A stretch of DNA of 61,987 nucleotides, filler included, from Stramenopiles sp. TOSAG23-2 (taxonomy: Eukaryota), in assembly GCA_900128395.1 (NCBI GenBank). It is 22 parts of 22 records of this genome, joined end to end, with 100 filler letters (N's around TTAATTAATTAA, not from the genome) between each part and the next. Parts side by side here need not be neighbours in the genome. Positions count along the whole stretch, not along the records: positions 22,660 to 25,385 come from LT651561.1; positions 25,486 to 28,211 come from LT651562.1; positions 28,312 to 31,036 come from LT651563.1; positions 31,137 to 33,861 come from LT651564.1; positions 33,962 to 36,685 come from LT651565.1; 17 more parts are not named here. The stretch is one strand, 5' to 3'. Shown here one piece after another: positions 22,660 through 34,787 of the stretch (the first letter of the stretch is position 1; every line of letters starts with the position of its first letter). The position numbers and the translations under genes are program-made. The notes under the pieces were generated by a model that saw nothing but the letters and a program-made list of their open reading frames with translations, ran no database searches and was not told where the DNA came from.

Positions 22660-25219
22660 AGTTGGTAATGATAATAATAACAACAACAACAACAATAATA
22701 TAATCATTGGTGCGAGTAAAGGCGGTTTATCTTCCTATGGATTGACAATATTAATTGCTTCCTTTTTTATACAACATATGAAACCATCATCGTCATCATC
22801 GTCAAAAAATAACAACAACAACAACAACTCGCGTCCAGCATGTTCAATACAACATCCGTTTGATGCATTTATATTGTTTTTAGATTTTTATCAAAAATTT
22901 GATTGGAGTAATTATAGTGTCTCCATGTATGGCCCTGTACCATTGCATAATAATGCCATGGCCAACTCGCAACAACAACAACAAAAAGGACAAGCAACAC
23001 GCCAACGGGTATTTCAATCAAAGTTAGCATTTGCATTGAAAAATAGGGCATTGGATGGTAGTTTGATAGTTAAACAGACACACGATAGCCAACAAATGAA
23101 AAATCAAAAGGCACAATCATTACAATATATGATGTCAAATGTTCATGAAAAATTTTCAATACGATCATGCAATATCCTTGATCCATTTGATATGACTAAT
23201 AATTTAGGGCGTAGTATGAATTTACAATCTTTTCAACGAATGAAAAATATGTTTACAAACGGGCATCGATGTATTATGGAAATATTATCGTCTGCAAATA
23301 AACATGATAATTCTATTATTGTGAATAATATATTATTTCACGTTATTAATAAAACATTTGGACGTGGTGATGGTTGGCGACCGGATTTGTTAACACACCC
23401 ATGTCAAAAATGGTACAATAATATTGACAATAATAAAAATAGAAGAAATGGCGTTGATAAAAATATTGCAAATGTTTCTACCTGTGATAATAGTGATGGA
23501 AGAAAAAGCGATTCAATTGCTGTTACCGCTAATATTGATGTTGAATTGAAACATGATGTAAATGATGGCATGGAGATGGATCAAAAGTTATTGCAACGTT
23601 CAATATCTAGATTAAAGAAAATTGTACCGTCCCCTCCAGTAATTGCATCATCGAAGAAATCAAAATTAATATCAAAACGAAAACAAGCATCGAAAAAAGT
23701 GAAAATAAATATAGCAAAGAAGAAGAAAACAATTATAAATACACGTACAACAGTAGAAATGATTAATAAGAACAATAATACACCAACTACATCTGCTACT
23801 TTCATCTCTTCTCCTGTGAATGATACAACTAATAGTAGCAAAAAATTAAACAGTAAAGATCATTCAAAAGCTGTTGCAACAACAACAACAAGAACAAACG
23901 TATACTTGAAAACACTTTTTTATATCATATTTGGATATTTAGCATTAGCACAAATACGACAAGAAATCGTCAATTTAACAACAATGTGGACGGCATCATC
24001 CATAACGCCAGAAACGCGAAGAGCAGAAAGAATGAGATCGATATCAAATCAATACTCTTATCCTTCTTACAATCATCAACGACAACAGTCAACATCACCA
24101 CCATCACCACCTCCTGATTCAATTTATAATGATTTAGATTTAAATTCTGAATATATTATGATGGAGCAAGATTTGCAAATACAACAAAAGTATCATATAA
24201 ATTCAGTAAATATGATTCATACGTATAATGTCAATAATTACCATTTAAATAATAATAATATGGAAAAAGTGGAAGGAGAGACGGGTTCTATTGGTAATGC
24301 GAACGACGAGGAAAATAATAACAACAATAATAATAACCACCAAAAATTAGCGCAAAATATACATAATTTATATGTATTAAACAATTTAAAGCGTATAATT
24401 GCTGAGCAACAAGCACGTATAAGTGTTGGTTCGGATTATGTACCTGGTCGTGGTGATAATAATATGAATGAACATATAAAGATTACACAAAGTGATAACA
24501 ACAACAACAATAATAATAATAATAATAACGATGGTACCAATGAAGATAAAAACACAGATAACAATTTAGCTGATTTGCCCGAAGTGTATTCAACATATTC
24601 CAATCAATGGGTATCAACTGGTTCGCAAGTTATATTTAAAGTTAATGTAAGATGGCCCACTACAAATATGAATCAACAACTATATTTTCAATGGCGTCGT
24701 AATGGTGTTGATATTCCAGGAGCCGTTGGGCATTTAATGATATTAAATGCTGTAACCATTAAAGATGAAGGTACATATACATGTGCAGTTAGCAATGAAA
24801 AAGGAAATACAGTTATATGGGAAGAATCTGTTTTACATGTTGCATCGCCACCTAAAGTGAAATTAGAATTTGTAAAAGTCGTCGTACAAAAAGGTGATAG
24901 CGTTAGTTTGTCTGTAAATTTATTATCTGGTACACCACGTCCGAAATTTCAATGGAGAATTAATGGTGTTGATATACCAGGTGCTATCTCTGAAACGTAC
25001 ACCGTTTTGTCCGCGAATCCAAATGATGTTGGTACATATACATGCATGGTTGCAAATTTAGCAGGTAGCGTCGTATGGGAAGAAAATATATTATTATTAG
25101 AAGGTATAAATCCATTGACAAAGAAAGATTTACGAAGAAGCGATGGGGGTGGTGATGTGAAACCTCCAGCTAGTATTGATGTGAGGGTGGAGAAAGGCGA
25201 AGTGACAATTAATATATAA
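22660..25219 (+). CDS. Non-canonical poly(A) polymerase / PAP-OAS1 substrate-binding-domain nucleotidyltransferase (5' truncated) + TM + two Ig-like domains
   Basis: GGLSSYGLTIL, FLDFYQKFDW..YSVSMYGPVP, NILDPFDMTNNLGRS, GRGDGWRPD; TM LFYIIFGYLALA; Ig motifs FQWRRNGVDIPGA...DEGTYTCAVSN and FQWRINGVDIPGA...DVGTYTCMVAN. Confidence 0.75.
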
Positions 25220-25485
25220 TTTTGGAGAATTATATTCGTGTATCACATGAGGTTTAGGTTGTGTTATGGAAATCATCTGAAATGTGAAGTTTGAAATTTA
25301 GTAGCTAAATAGTATTACTTTTGAACTTTAGCATATAAATACCATTACAATCAGAACAAACATCGGATATTTTATTTTATCAGTTNNNNNNNNNNNNNNN
25401 NNNNNNNNNNNNNNNNNNNNNNNNNNNNNTTAATTAATTAANNNNNNNNNNNNNNNNNNNNNNNNNNNNNNNNNNNNNNNNNNNN

Positions 25486-26157
25486 GTTAAATCTATATTA
25501 AAAATGAGTGAGTCTTGTTTAGTGAAAAATTTAGGACATAGAAGTTTTAATGAGTGTGTAAGTGAAGTGATAAGTAAACCAAAACAGTTGTTCGAGCTAT
25601 ATCAAAGGTATGGAAATGAGTTTGAAGGGAGGTCGGCATTGATATGCGCATGTGAACACGGACGTATGAATGATGTGTTATTATTTGTAAATTTACATCG
25701 TTTTCATAAATATATTGAGATGAACGGTGTGAAAGAAGGTAATATGACATTGAAAGAAATGGTGAATCAAGTCGGTAGAAATAGTTGGGGTGGTGAATAT
25801 ACACCTTTAATGATAGCTGCAAGGAACGAACATTTCCAAGTAGTTGAATATTTAATTGAACAAGGTGAAGCTGATCCTAATATTGCAAATAGTTATGGAT
25901 CGAATGCATTACATTCTGCAGCATTTAATAACAGAACGAGTACTGAGTTGATTCAGCTCTTGTTAAATCATATGACTCTTGCTAGCATTAATAAGAGGTC
26001 GGGGGGATTCACTCCCCTGGACAGGGCATATTATTATAATCGTAGTCCAATTAAACAAGAGATCATTGCGCTTATACGTTCAAAAGGTGGAAAAGCAAAT
26101 TGTTTTGATGAAAATGGTAGAGATGTAGGAGCAGGTAATGGTGATTTAAATCATTAA
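25486..26157 (+). CDS. F-box-like + ankyrin-repeat protein, type B, copy 3 (5' truncated)
   Basis: TPLMIAA, NALHSAA, TPLDRA; paralog of 26874..27665. Confidence 0.8.
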   Translation, partial: VKSILKMSESCLVKNLGHRSFNECVSEVISKPKQLFELYQRYGNEFEGRSALICACEHGRMNDVLLFVNLHRFHKYIEMNGVKEGNMTLKEMVNQVGRNSWGGEYTPLMIAARNEHFQVVEYLIEQGEADPNIANSYGSNALHSAAFNNRTSTELIQLLLNHMTLASINKRSGGFTPLDRAYYYNRSPIKQEIIALIRSKGGKANCFDENGRDVGAGNGDLNH

Positions 26158-26600
26158 AAAAACAATCATAGGAAGACGTCCAGAATGAAAGAGTTGTTTG
26201 CATATAGAGAGATGTACGTCGTCTATCTAATTCGCATCACTTCACTTCATTGTCAATTGAATATCAAATATAAATTCCATTACGTAGATCACAAGAAGGA
26301 TGAGATGGGAGCAAACGGAGATTGAGGAGAGACTGAGTGGTGAAAATATATATTGGTACGGCGCGTGGTATTACCAAAAATTTGAAAACTAAAAATAGAA
26401 ATTAAGACAACAATATATATATATTTTTTCTTTCTTTCTTAATACACACACTTGACACAAAAGCTTTTTCGAATGCCGTCGTTGTCTCTATTTTTACATC
26501 TCTTGTCGTTGTTCCTTTGAATTTGAACTAAAAATATATAAAATAGAATAGAATAATGTTGAACCATAGATAACACAATAAATATATATATATATACAAG

Positions 26601-26831
26601 ATGGCGTCAAGAAATACAAAACAACTGAAAGAGGTGAAGGACGATGACGATGATGAAATTAAAAACATATACGATGTATGTGGTATACCAGGTTTGTTTA
26701 AAAATATTTTAAAATTTTTAAAAGTTAAATCTATATTAAAATTGAGTGAGTCTTGTTTAGTGAAAAATTTAGGACATGCAAGTTTTAATGAGTGTGTAAG
26801 TGAAGTCTTCTTTTTCTGTGATGGAACATAA
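26601..26831 (+). CDS. Truncated type B copy: acidic leader + F-box-like motif only
   Basis: Matches the N-terminus of 26874..27665 up to ECVSE, then diverges and stops. Confidence 0.6.
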   Translation: MASRNTKQLKEVKDDDDDEIKNIYDVCGIPGLFKNILKFLKVKSILKLSESCLVKNLGHASFNECVSEVFFFCDGT

Positions 26832-26833
26832 CA

Positions 26834-26869
<36 letters not shown>

Positions 26870-26873
26870 CAAC

Positions 26874-27665
26874 ATGGCATCCATCACAGAAAAAGAAGAT
26901 AAAGTGGACGACGGTGAGGATGAAATTAAAAACATATACGATATATGTGGTATACCAGGTTTGTTTAAAAATATTTTAAAATTTTTAAAAGTTAAATCTA
27001 TATTAAAATTGAGTGAGTCTTGTTTAGTGAAAAATTTAGGACATGCAAGTTTTAATGAGTGTGTAAGTGAAGCGATAAGTAGACCAAGGCAGTTGTATGA
27101 GCTATATCGAAGATATGAAAATGAGTTTGAAGGGAGGACAGCATTGATATGTGCATGTCAACACGGACGTATGAATGATGTGTTATTATTTGTAAATTTA
27201 CATGGTTTTCATAAATATATTGAGATGAACGGCGTGAAAGAAGGTAATATGACATTGAAAGAAATGGTGAATCAAGTCGGTAAAGATAGTCGTGGTTATG
27301 AATATACACCTTTAATTGCAGCTGCAAGGAACGAACATTTCCAAATAGTTGAATATTTGATTGAACAAGGTGAAGCTGATCCTAATATTGCAAATACAAA
27401 TGGATTTAATGCATTACATTGTGCAGCATGTAATAACAGAACGAATACTGAGTTGATTGAATTGTTACTAACTCATATGACTCTTACTAGCATTAATAAG
27501 AAGGACAGGTGGGGATTCACTCCCCTGGACGCTGCATATATTCATAATCATAGTCCAATTCGCCAAGAGATCATTGCACTTATACGTTCAAAAAGCGGAA
27601 AAGCAAATTTGCATGATGAAAATGGTAGAAATGTAGGAGAAGGTAATGGTGATTTAAATGATTAA
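26874..27665 (+). CDS. F-box-like + ankyrin-repeat protein, type B, copy 4 (complete)
   Basis: IPGLFKNILKFLKVKSILKLSESC F-box-like; TALICAC, TPLIAAA, NALHCAA, TPLDAA ankyrin motifs. Confidence 0.82.
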   Translation: MASITEKEDKVDDGEDEIKNIYDICGIPGLFKNILKFLKVKSILKLSESCLVKNLGHASFNECVSEAISRPRQLYELYRRYENEFEGRTALICACQHGRMNDVLLFVNLHGFHKYIEMNGVKEGNMTLKEMVNQVGKDSRGYEYTPLIAAARNEHFQIVEYLIEQGEADPNIANTNGFNALHCAACNNRTNTELIELLLTHMTLTSINKKDRWGFTPLDAAYIHNHSPIRQEIIALIRSKSGKANLHDENGRNVGEGNGDLND

Positions 27666-28108
27666 CAATACAATCATAGGAAGACGTCCAGAATGAAAGA
27701 GTTGTTTGCATAGCGAGAGATGTCGTCTATCTAATTCGCATCACTTCAATTCATTGTGTCAAATTGAATATCAAATATAAATTCCATTACAAATAGATCA
27801 AGAAGGATGAGATGGGAGCAAACGGAGATTGAGAGAGACTGAGTGGTGAAAATATATATGGTACGGCGCGTGGTGTTACCAAAAATTTGAAAACTAAAAA
27901 TAGAAATTAAGACAACAATATATTTTTTTTTACTTTCTTCTTTTCTTATACACACACTTGACACAAAAGCTTTTTCGAATGCCGTCGTTTTGTCTCTATT
28001 TTTACATCTCTTGTCGTTGTTCCTTTGAATTTGAACTAAAAATATATAAAATAGAATAGAATAATGTTGAACCATAGATAACACAATAAATATATATATA
28101 TATACAAG

Positions 28109-28211
28109 ATGGCGTCAAGAAATACAAAACAACGGAAAGAGGTGAAGGACGATGACGATGATGAAATTAAAAACATATACGATATATGTGGTATACCAGG
28201 TTTGTTTAAAA
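28109..28211 (+). CDS. Start of a further type B copy, cut by scaffold end
   Basis: MASRNTKQRKEVKDDDDDEIKNIYDICGIPGLFK, 1508 nt after the ATG at 26601. Confidence 0.7.
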
Positions 28212-28974
28212 NNNNNNNNNNNNNNNNNNNNNNNNNNNNNNNNNNNNNNNNNNNNTTAATTAATTAANNNNNNNNNNNNNNNNNNNNNNNNNNNNNNNNN
28301 NNNNNNNNNNNACTTCTTTTTTTCTGAATCTATGTCTATTCACGGCAACTTTCACGGATGCACTTTCACTTTCTCAACTTTGACGGATGCACTGATAATA
28401 TTATACCTTCCACGGATGCATTCAATCAACGTCAATCAATCATTCATTCATTCACCATCATATATGTCTTTGTCCCCATGTTTTTTTGCAATTTTTATTA
28501 AAAACATCTTCCTCTTCCTCATCTAAAAAAATGTAGTTTTAACACTGCACAGCATCGTGCAGAAGTTCAGAAACTTCGGCAGTGAAAATATATACCTTAT
28601 TAGTAAAGTGGCTGTAATGCTGTAATGCTATTTATATCATAATTACCATAGTCCATGTATCGCTAAAAAATATATATATGGGTGAAAAATCGGATATTCC
28701 TGATATTTTCATCCAAATTACTTAAAGTTTTGGAGTTTTTGTACTATGTCCATATCTTCCTATCAAATATAAAATAAGTATACGAAAAATATCCCATAGT
28801 ACACACAAAACTCGGTAAATTAAAATATATAATACAGGTATTTTATTTATATATATATACTTAACATGTCTACACTCCTATACTTCTCTCCATCATCACC
28901 CTTTTGTGTTTCTAGTCTTTTGTTTTTCAATTATATTTGAAATTTTCAGATGTATGTGTCTATATGTGCGTGTT

Positions 28975-30720
28975 CTATTCTTCTTTCTTCTTTCTTCCAG
29001 CTACAAATGCAGCTTTTAATTCAACACCATGATATTTCCAACATACAAAAGAAGTAAATAAAAAGAATAACATACCAATAACCAAATGTCCAATACTATT
29101 GAAACTAATAATACGTATTTCATTTTGATAAATGAATTTCGATGATATTTGCGTCATCACAAAACTTATTGCAAATACAATGAAAACTGGTAATTTTGGA
29201 AACAAATCATTTAATTGAAAGTTACGTGTAGTACCGTCTACATTAGTAATTGTAATATTATTCTCCATCATATATGGTTTCAAATAAAAGACTAAACATA
29301 CAAAAATACGGCAGATCATTTTAACAATGTTTGCCATTATTAATCCAACAATTCCATATGGTATAAGTATAAAAACAGATGATAAAAATGCAATAGAAAA
29401 TGCAAACATCCAATAATTATATTGTTTCAATTGTTCCGATTTGCCAACACCTAGCACAAATGCTTCTAATACACCATTTAATGCCATTGTAAGTATATAC
29501 AAGCAATAAACGCCTAATAGAAATGGTGCATTAGTTGAGCTCCATTTTGAACCATACAATATATTTAATAATAAATGAGAAAAAGCTGGACCAAATGCAG
29601 TAAACATTAAACCACCAAGACTCATTGATAATGTCAACGTTCGAATCAAATTATAAATTGATGATTTTGATTGTTGTAGTTGTTGTTCTTTTCCCGCATT
29701 CTTCCTATTGTTTTTATCTTCATTTTTTTCTAATTTACTAAATGCAGCTAATGACATTTCTTCAATTGGTTGAAATAAAATACGTGCAACAATTGAACCT
29801 AAACCAGCTACTAACATATATTCCCCAGCATCTTGTGATGTTCCAAGAAACACAAGTATTAATTTTTCACCATTTTCCAATAACCATTTTTGAATTGCTT
29901 GCATCCAAAACACTATAATCGTTGTAGATATAGATGTGTCAAAATATTTTTCATACCACATGCCACGTGAGGATGTAGATGAAGACTCAACTGATGATAA
30001 TTGTTTTGGTAATAATGATATATCAATCGTCTCATTGTAATAATGAATAAAGTATCCTAGAAATAATGTCAATGCATATCCAATATTTGCAAGAGCAAAA
30101 GCTTCAATTCCCCAATTTTGATTGACAAATAAAACTAATAACATGATTAATACAAAACTTTTTCCAAATTGCGCTGCAACTTGAATTCTTGCTCGTAAGC
30201 CTTGCTTCATGTCGCTGGATGCTAATAAAAACATTGGTTCATGCAAAAATGCTATTACTACGGCAATAAATGTGTAAGCAATACTTCGTAAATATACATT
30301 TGGATCTATATCATCTTCCACATTCACAGATTTAGGTGGATTTTGCAACAATAAAAACGCAATACAAAGAGCTATAATTATACCAATGGGCATGGATATC
30401 CATGCTAAATTTACTAATGTTTGCTTTTCGTTGGCTGTTTTACCACGATATGAAACTTTTCGTAATCCTTCACGTACTAATTGTAATGGCCCAAGATACA
30501 TCACTTCATCTAAGCGCAATGCACCTATACCTAATGCAGCACGTCCAACTGTACGTGCAACAATGACATTTGATATAAATGTAATTGCACGTCCAATAAC
30601 GGAAGAACCAATTAATACTGTTGCACCTGTTGCTGCAGAAGATATAATACTCATGTCTTTCTTTCTGACTTTGTTCTTCTTTTTCTTTTTTTTTCCAAAT
30701 GTGTGTATGTAACGTTTCAA
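28975..30720 (-). CDS. RFT1: RFT1 (Man5GlcNAc2-PP-dolichol translocation protein); likely start at 30654
   Basis: GRAITFISNVIVAR, VREGLRK, KWLLENGEK, LGSIVARILFQPIEE, YCLYILTMALNGVLEAFV, GLIMANIVKMICRI. Confidence 0.9.
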   Translation of the reverse strand: MKRYIHTFGKKKKKKNKVRKKDMSIISSAATGATVLIGSSVIGRAITFISNVIVARTVGRAALGIGALRLDEVMYLGPLQLVREGLRKVSYRGKTANEKQTLVNLAWISMPIGIIIALCIAFLLLQNPPKSVNVEDDIDPNVYLRSIAYTFIAVVIAFLHEPMFLLASSDMKQGLRARIQVAAQFGKSFVLIMLLVLFVNQNWGIEAFALANIGYALTLFLGYFIHYYNETIDISLLPKQLSSVESSSTSSRGMWYEKYFDTSISTTIIVFWMQAIQKWLLENGEKLILVFLGTSQDAGEYMLVAGLGSIVARILFQPIEEMSLAAFSKLEKNEDKNNRKNAGKEQQLQQSKSSIYNLIRTLTLSMSLGGLMFTAFGPAFSHLLLNILYGSKWSSTNAPFLLGVYCLYILTMALNGVLEAFVLGVGKSEQLKQYNYWMFAFSIAFLSSVFILIPYGIVGLIMANIVKMICRIFVCLVFYLKPYMMENNITITNVDGTTRNFQLNDLFPKLPVFIVFAISFVMTQISSKFIYQNEIRIISFNSIGHLVIGMLFFLFTSFVCWKYHGVELKAAFVAGRKKKEE

Positions 30721-31136
30721 TATGTTCTCTTTTCTAATCTAAATAATACAAAATAGAATTATGTAATATGTATATGTATATATATTATGACAACCTCTAT
30801 ATCTACATATATTCTTATTTCTATTTTTAAGTTGTTTGAACAACGCGTTTGAACAACAATTTCATTCAAAATTCAATACTTACAATATATATATATAATT
30901 ATAGATGTTGTGATGGCTCTGATGGAAAAAATAGAAAACAGTGAAAAGAAAAGAAACAAAAGAACAGACCCACTTATTTGAAAAGTATAGAAGCAATAGA
31001 TACGATCATTTTGATCAAGAATAGTTTCGCCCCCCCNNNNNNNNNNNNNNNNNNNNNNNNNNNNNNNNNNNNNNNNNNNNTTAATTAATTAANNNNNNNN
31101 NNNNNNNNNNNNNNNNNNNNNNNNNNNNNNNNNNNN

Positions 31137-32326
31137 AAAATGAATCATTGTTATTAGCAAGCATTAAAATACTCAGTTGGATAGTCAACACTGAGGCACA
31201 GATGAAGGTTTGCGTGACAGATGAAAATACGCGAACGACGACAAATTTAGTCATCAATGCATTGCGTAATCATTTAGAAGCTGGAATGCAGGAATGTGGT
31301 ATTACTGTGTTAAGTCACATAGCAAGTCGACAAGAACCGGAATTAATGTGGCGTTTTGTCAGATATATGATAGATGCCGGTGGCGTCCATACAACGGTTG
31401 CATCAATAGTATTATTGGAAAATCGACCAAATGCAAAACGTTTGGGTTTGAATTTATTGACAAAGTGCATGGTAGATGAATCGTGTTTTGACGATATACC
31501 TGTACCTGTTGCATTAGATTGTATGAAACAAAACCCACATGATCCTGTCATGCAAGTCAATGGATTGACCATTTTGTTACGTTTAATAAATATTACAGCA
31601 AAACGACGTAAATTTATGCGATTATCCGGTCTAGATATAGTTTACAGGACAATGAAAAACCCCCCACCAGCTGCTAGGTGGAAAGATATAGGGGAAGATC
31701 TTCTTGAATTAGGTGCAAAGTTTATGAAAACCTATATGGTATTGTCTCAAGATGATGAACGTGTTAAATTTGGTTCAAAGACGAATGATAATTCTGCTTT
31801 ATCCATAAAACTTATGCCACAAGTGTTGCTTGAAGTGTATCAAAAATATGATCGAAATAAAGATATCATTGCTAGTGTAGTGACTTGCTTTTTATTGGCA
31901 TTTCGTGCCTTGGTTGATGAAGACAAAAGTATTCATTTAATTGAGCAATTAGATGCAAAACTGCTTGTAAAAATCATGAATAATACTAGAGATGATTTAC
32001 GTATGCAACAAGATTGTATGTGGATGTTGAATTACATGGCCAATGCAAAGCGGGATGCGATTGTAAATGCTGGTGGATATATATCAATTGTTAATAGCAT
32101 GAAAATGTGGAATGCAGATGAGAAAGTACAATTGTTTGGTTGTATTGCTATAATGAATATAGGTGGAGAGCGTGGTAGTGGTAGAGGTAAAAAAGCACGT
32201 GCCGCTGGTTGTGAAGGAGCAGTTAAAAATGCATGTGTATTTTTAGAAAAACATGGGGATAAGGAAAGTTTAGCAGCTGCAAAATTAGCATATAAACGAA
32301 TGAATAAGAAATGCGAGTTGATGTAA
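31137..32326 (+). CDS. Armadillo-type repeat protein with C-terminal CaaX (CELM), 5' partial
   Basis: Repeated MQECGITVL / MQVNGLTIL / MQQDCMWML / VQLFGCIAI helices and IVNAGG motifs. Confidence 0.7.
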
Positions 32327-32675
32327 AAAATATCAATTATGTTGGTATATATAATATTGGTTAAAATCTAATATGTTGGTATATATATATCTTGGTCTAG
32401 ATATAATATAGAGTGTGTCAATTTTTTAAGAACAACATGTACGCGTAAGGTTATACACTGTAATATTATACGTACGATTCGGTATTAATTACGAACGTAT
32501 TAAATTATATTATATAATTTTATACTCGTACACTCGTCGAGTAATATACGAATAATTTAATATACTTTGTATAAAATTTGAGGGAGGTCTACTCGACTAC
32601 TCGCTCCCAATCTCCAAACACGCGCACACTTTTTTTTTCTCTCCCTCTTTTTCCTCATCCCTTTCTTTTTTTCTT

Positions 32676-33804
32676 TCATTGTATGGAACATGCACCTGAT
32701 GAACCTTTTGGAGGGGATTCCAACCAATTTATTTCTTTTTTATTTGGAGCAACATCAATGATGGAAAATCCATCTTCAAAATCTTTACCTTTTTTTTGAA
32801 ACATTTTACTTCCATTGCTTCCTAATACTACATTCAAATCGTCCATAGTGGCTTTAAAATCACTACTTTTTTCAAAAATTTGTTTTGTTGGATTTTTATT
32901 ATTATGTGTTAGTTTCTTGTCTTTCTTAAATACATCGTACATGTCTTTAAAAAATGTTAATGGGACGTTTGCATTATCATTCGTCTTTTCATTAGTATCA
33001 TCAACACCATTTTCTGTTGTCGTAGATNNNNNNNNNNNNNNNNNNNNNNNNNNNNNNNNNNNNNNNNNNNNNNNNNNNNNNNNTTATTAATACGTACGAC
33101 TCCTTCGTACTCGAATTATATACACTAATAATTGCTTTACGATGTAGCCACACTTCGATTGGTGGTTCATTTTCTTTCTTTGCCCCATTAAAATATAAAT
33201 TATCTACTTTTTTTGTTTTATCATCTTTTGAAAATTCATATTCATCCCGTTTACTTTTTAATTGGTCTTCCAATTTCGTTTTAAACATATCTTCATTATT
33301 CGTCGCTTCTTGTTTTAATGATTCAATTACTTGTATAAATTTATTTATACCATGTAAAGCAAATTCCACACCCCAAGCACTATAAAAATAATTAGCATTT
33401 TTTTCCGAATTGACCCTATTATATATTGTTTGTCGTAATAAACATATTTGTGAAAGTTCAATTGATGCTAAACCTACAATAACATTGCCAGTATGTGTTT
33501 TGTTTTTCTTTCCATTTTCTACAACAGTAACAAACTCGTTAAACCATTCTTCTAAAATAACATGTGTCGTTGTTTTTGTCTCCATATCTTTATCTTTAAT
33601 AATATTATATAATGATTGGGAAAGTTTTCCATCGTCAATAAACTCTGTATTGCCTAAATTGTTCATGGAATTCCCACGATTTCCAGCGCAACATCCTAAT
33701 AATGACCCATCTATATCTTTTAATTTTGCTGTATTAAATGCCTTTCGTAGGAATTTAATTTCTGGCGATTCTTTTTTTGTATTTAATGATGCCAAGGTTG
33801 CCAT
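32676..33804 (-). CDS. Hypothetical protein spanning an N gap (33028-33083), ending in CaaX-like CSIQ
   Basis: Same-strand ORFs 33001..33804 and 32676..32942 flank the gap; joining them is an inference. Confidence 0.45.
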
Positions 33805-34484
33805 CTTGCTGTTGTAAATAAATATATATATGTATAAATAAATATATATGTGTGTATATATNNNNNNNNNNNNNNNNNNNNNNNNNNNNNNNNNNNNNNN
33901 NNNNNTTAATTAATTAANNNNNNNNNNNNNNNNNNNNNNNNNNNNNNNNNNNNNNNNNNNNATTGTATACGAGTAAGGACTTTAATTTTGCTCTACGAAC
34001 TTCTCTTCTCTCTTGCCTTTTTATTTTTTCAAGATACGGAATATTATTCTAATTATTATAATTTCGAAATATTAAAATACTAGTATTAGTATATATCTAT
34101 ACCACCGCGAACACGAAGAAGTGCGACGTTATATTTACCTTAAAATATACACTTTTTTGAACGAACACGAAAACATGCTGAATAATTATAATTCATGTAT
34201 TAATTGCAGATTAATGATTTGGTAATTTGATGAGATGTTCTAATTTCGGTCAATTTTGGTGAAGATGAAAATTCGATGAAATTTACTTGACTAAATTATA
34301 AGCGTGCATAACCCTTAAGGACAACGATGTGTCCCGTTCCTTCTTTTTATAAATGAAAAAGGGGCCATAATAATGTCATTTATTAATACTAATCCGCCGC
34401 GACATAGCTCTTTCCGCAATTTTAAGCGGAGTATAATTAAGGTTATCAATATGCTTAGTTGCCAGTATGTACGTATTCTAGTTT

Positions 34485-34610
34485 TATTCACATTCTATAT
34501 TTTAAGGTTTAAAAATCGTGGTCACTTTTATCTTTTATCGGCATTTAAGCCCGAGTATCCGTACGCAGTGCTACCTCTAAACCTATATATACGCTTCGCT
34601 TGCAATGCTA
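34485..34610. repeat. Dispersed repeat, diverged reverse-complement match to about 41881-41972
   Basis: tattcacattctatattttaaggtttaaaaatcgtggtcactttt and atacgcttcgcttgcaatgcta match the scaffold-15 copy. Confidence 0.8.
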
Positions 34611-34787
34611 TTTTCTTTCGTGAGTGTTGATAAGTGAAAAAGGAGGGCCAGGCAAATTGAAAGTTAAAGTGATTAGTAATACACCTATTATATGCAGCAA
34701 CAAAGTTTAATAGATCTATTGTATCCTATATAGCAACTATAATATATAATCGTCTAATCATATGACATACCAGTTATAATAATAAGT

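Larger units (their letters stand above)
25486..28211. repeat. Tandem gene array, unit about 1508 bp
   Basis: Stops at 26157 and 27665 and ATGs at 26601 and 28109 are each 1508 apart; the intergenic sequence is also duplicated. Confidence 0.92.

Noticed and set aside
12481-27665. Diversity-generating retroelement as the source of ankyrin variability
   Set aside because: No reverse transcriptase or invariant template repeat in the window, and the variation is not obviously adenine-specific; cannot be excluded genome-wide
28340-28425. Three short acggatgca repeats resembling a mini-CRISPR
   Set aside because: Repeats about 10 nt with short irregular spacers, eukaryotic context, no cas genes
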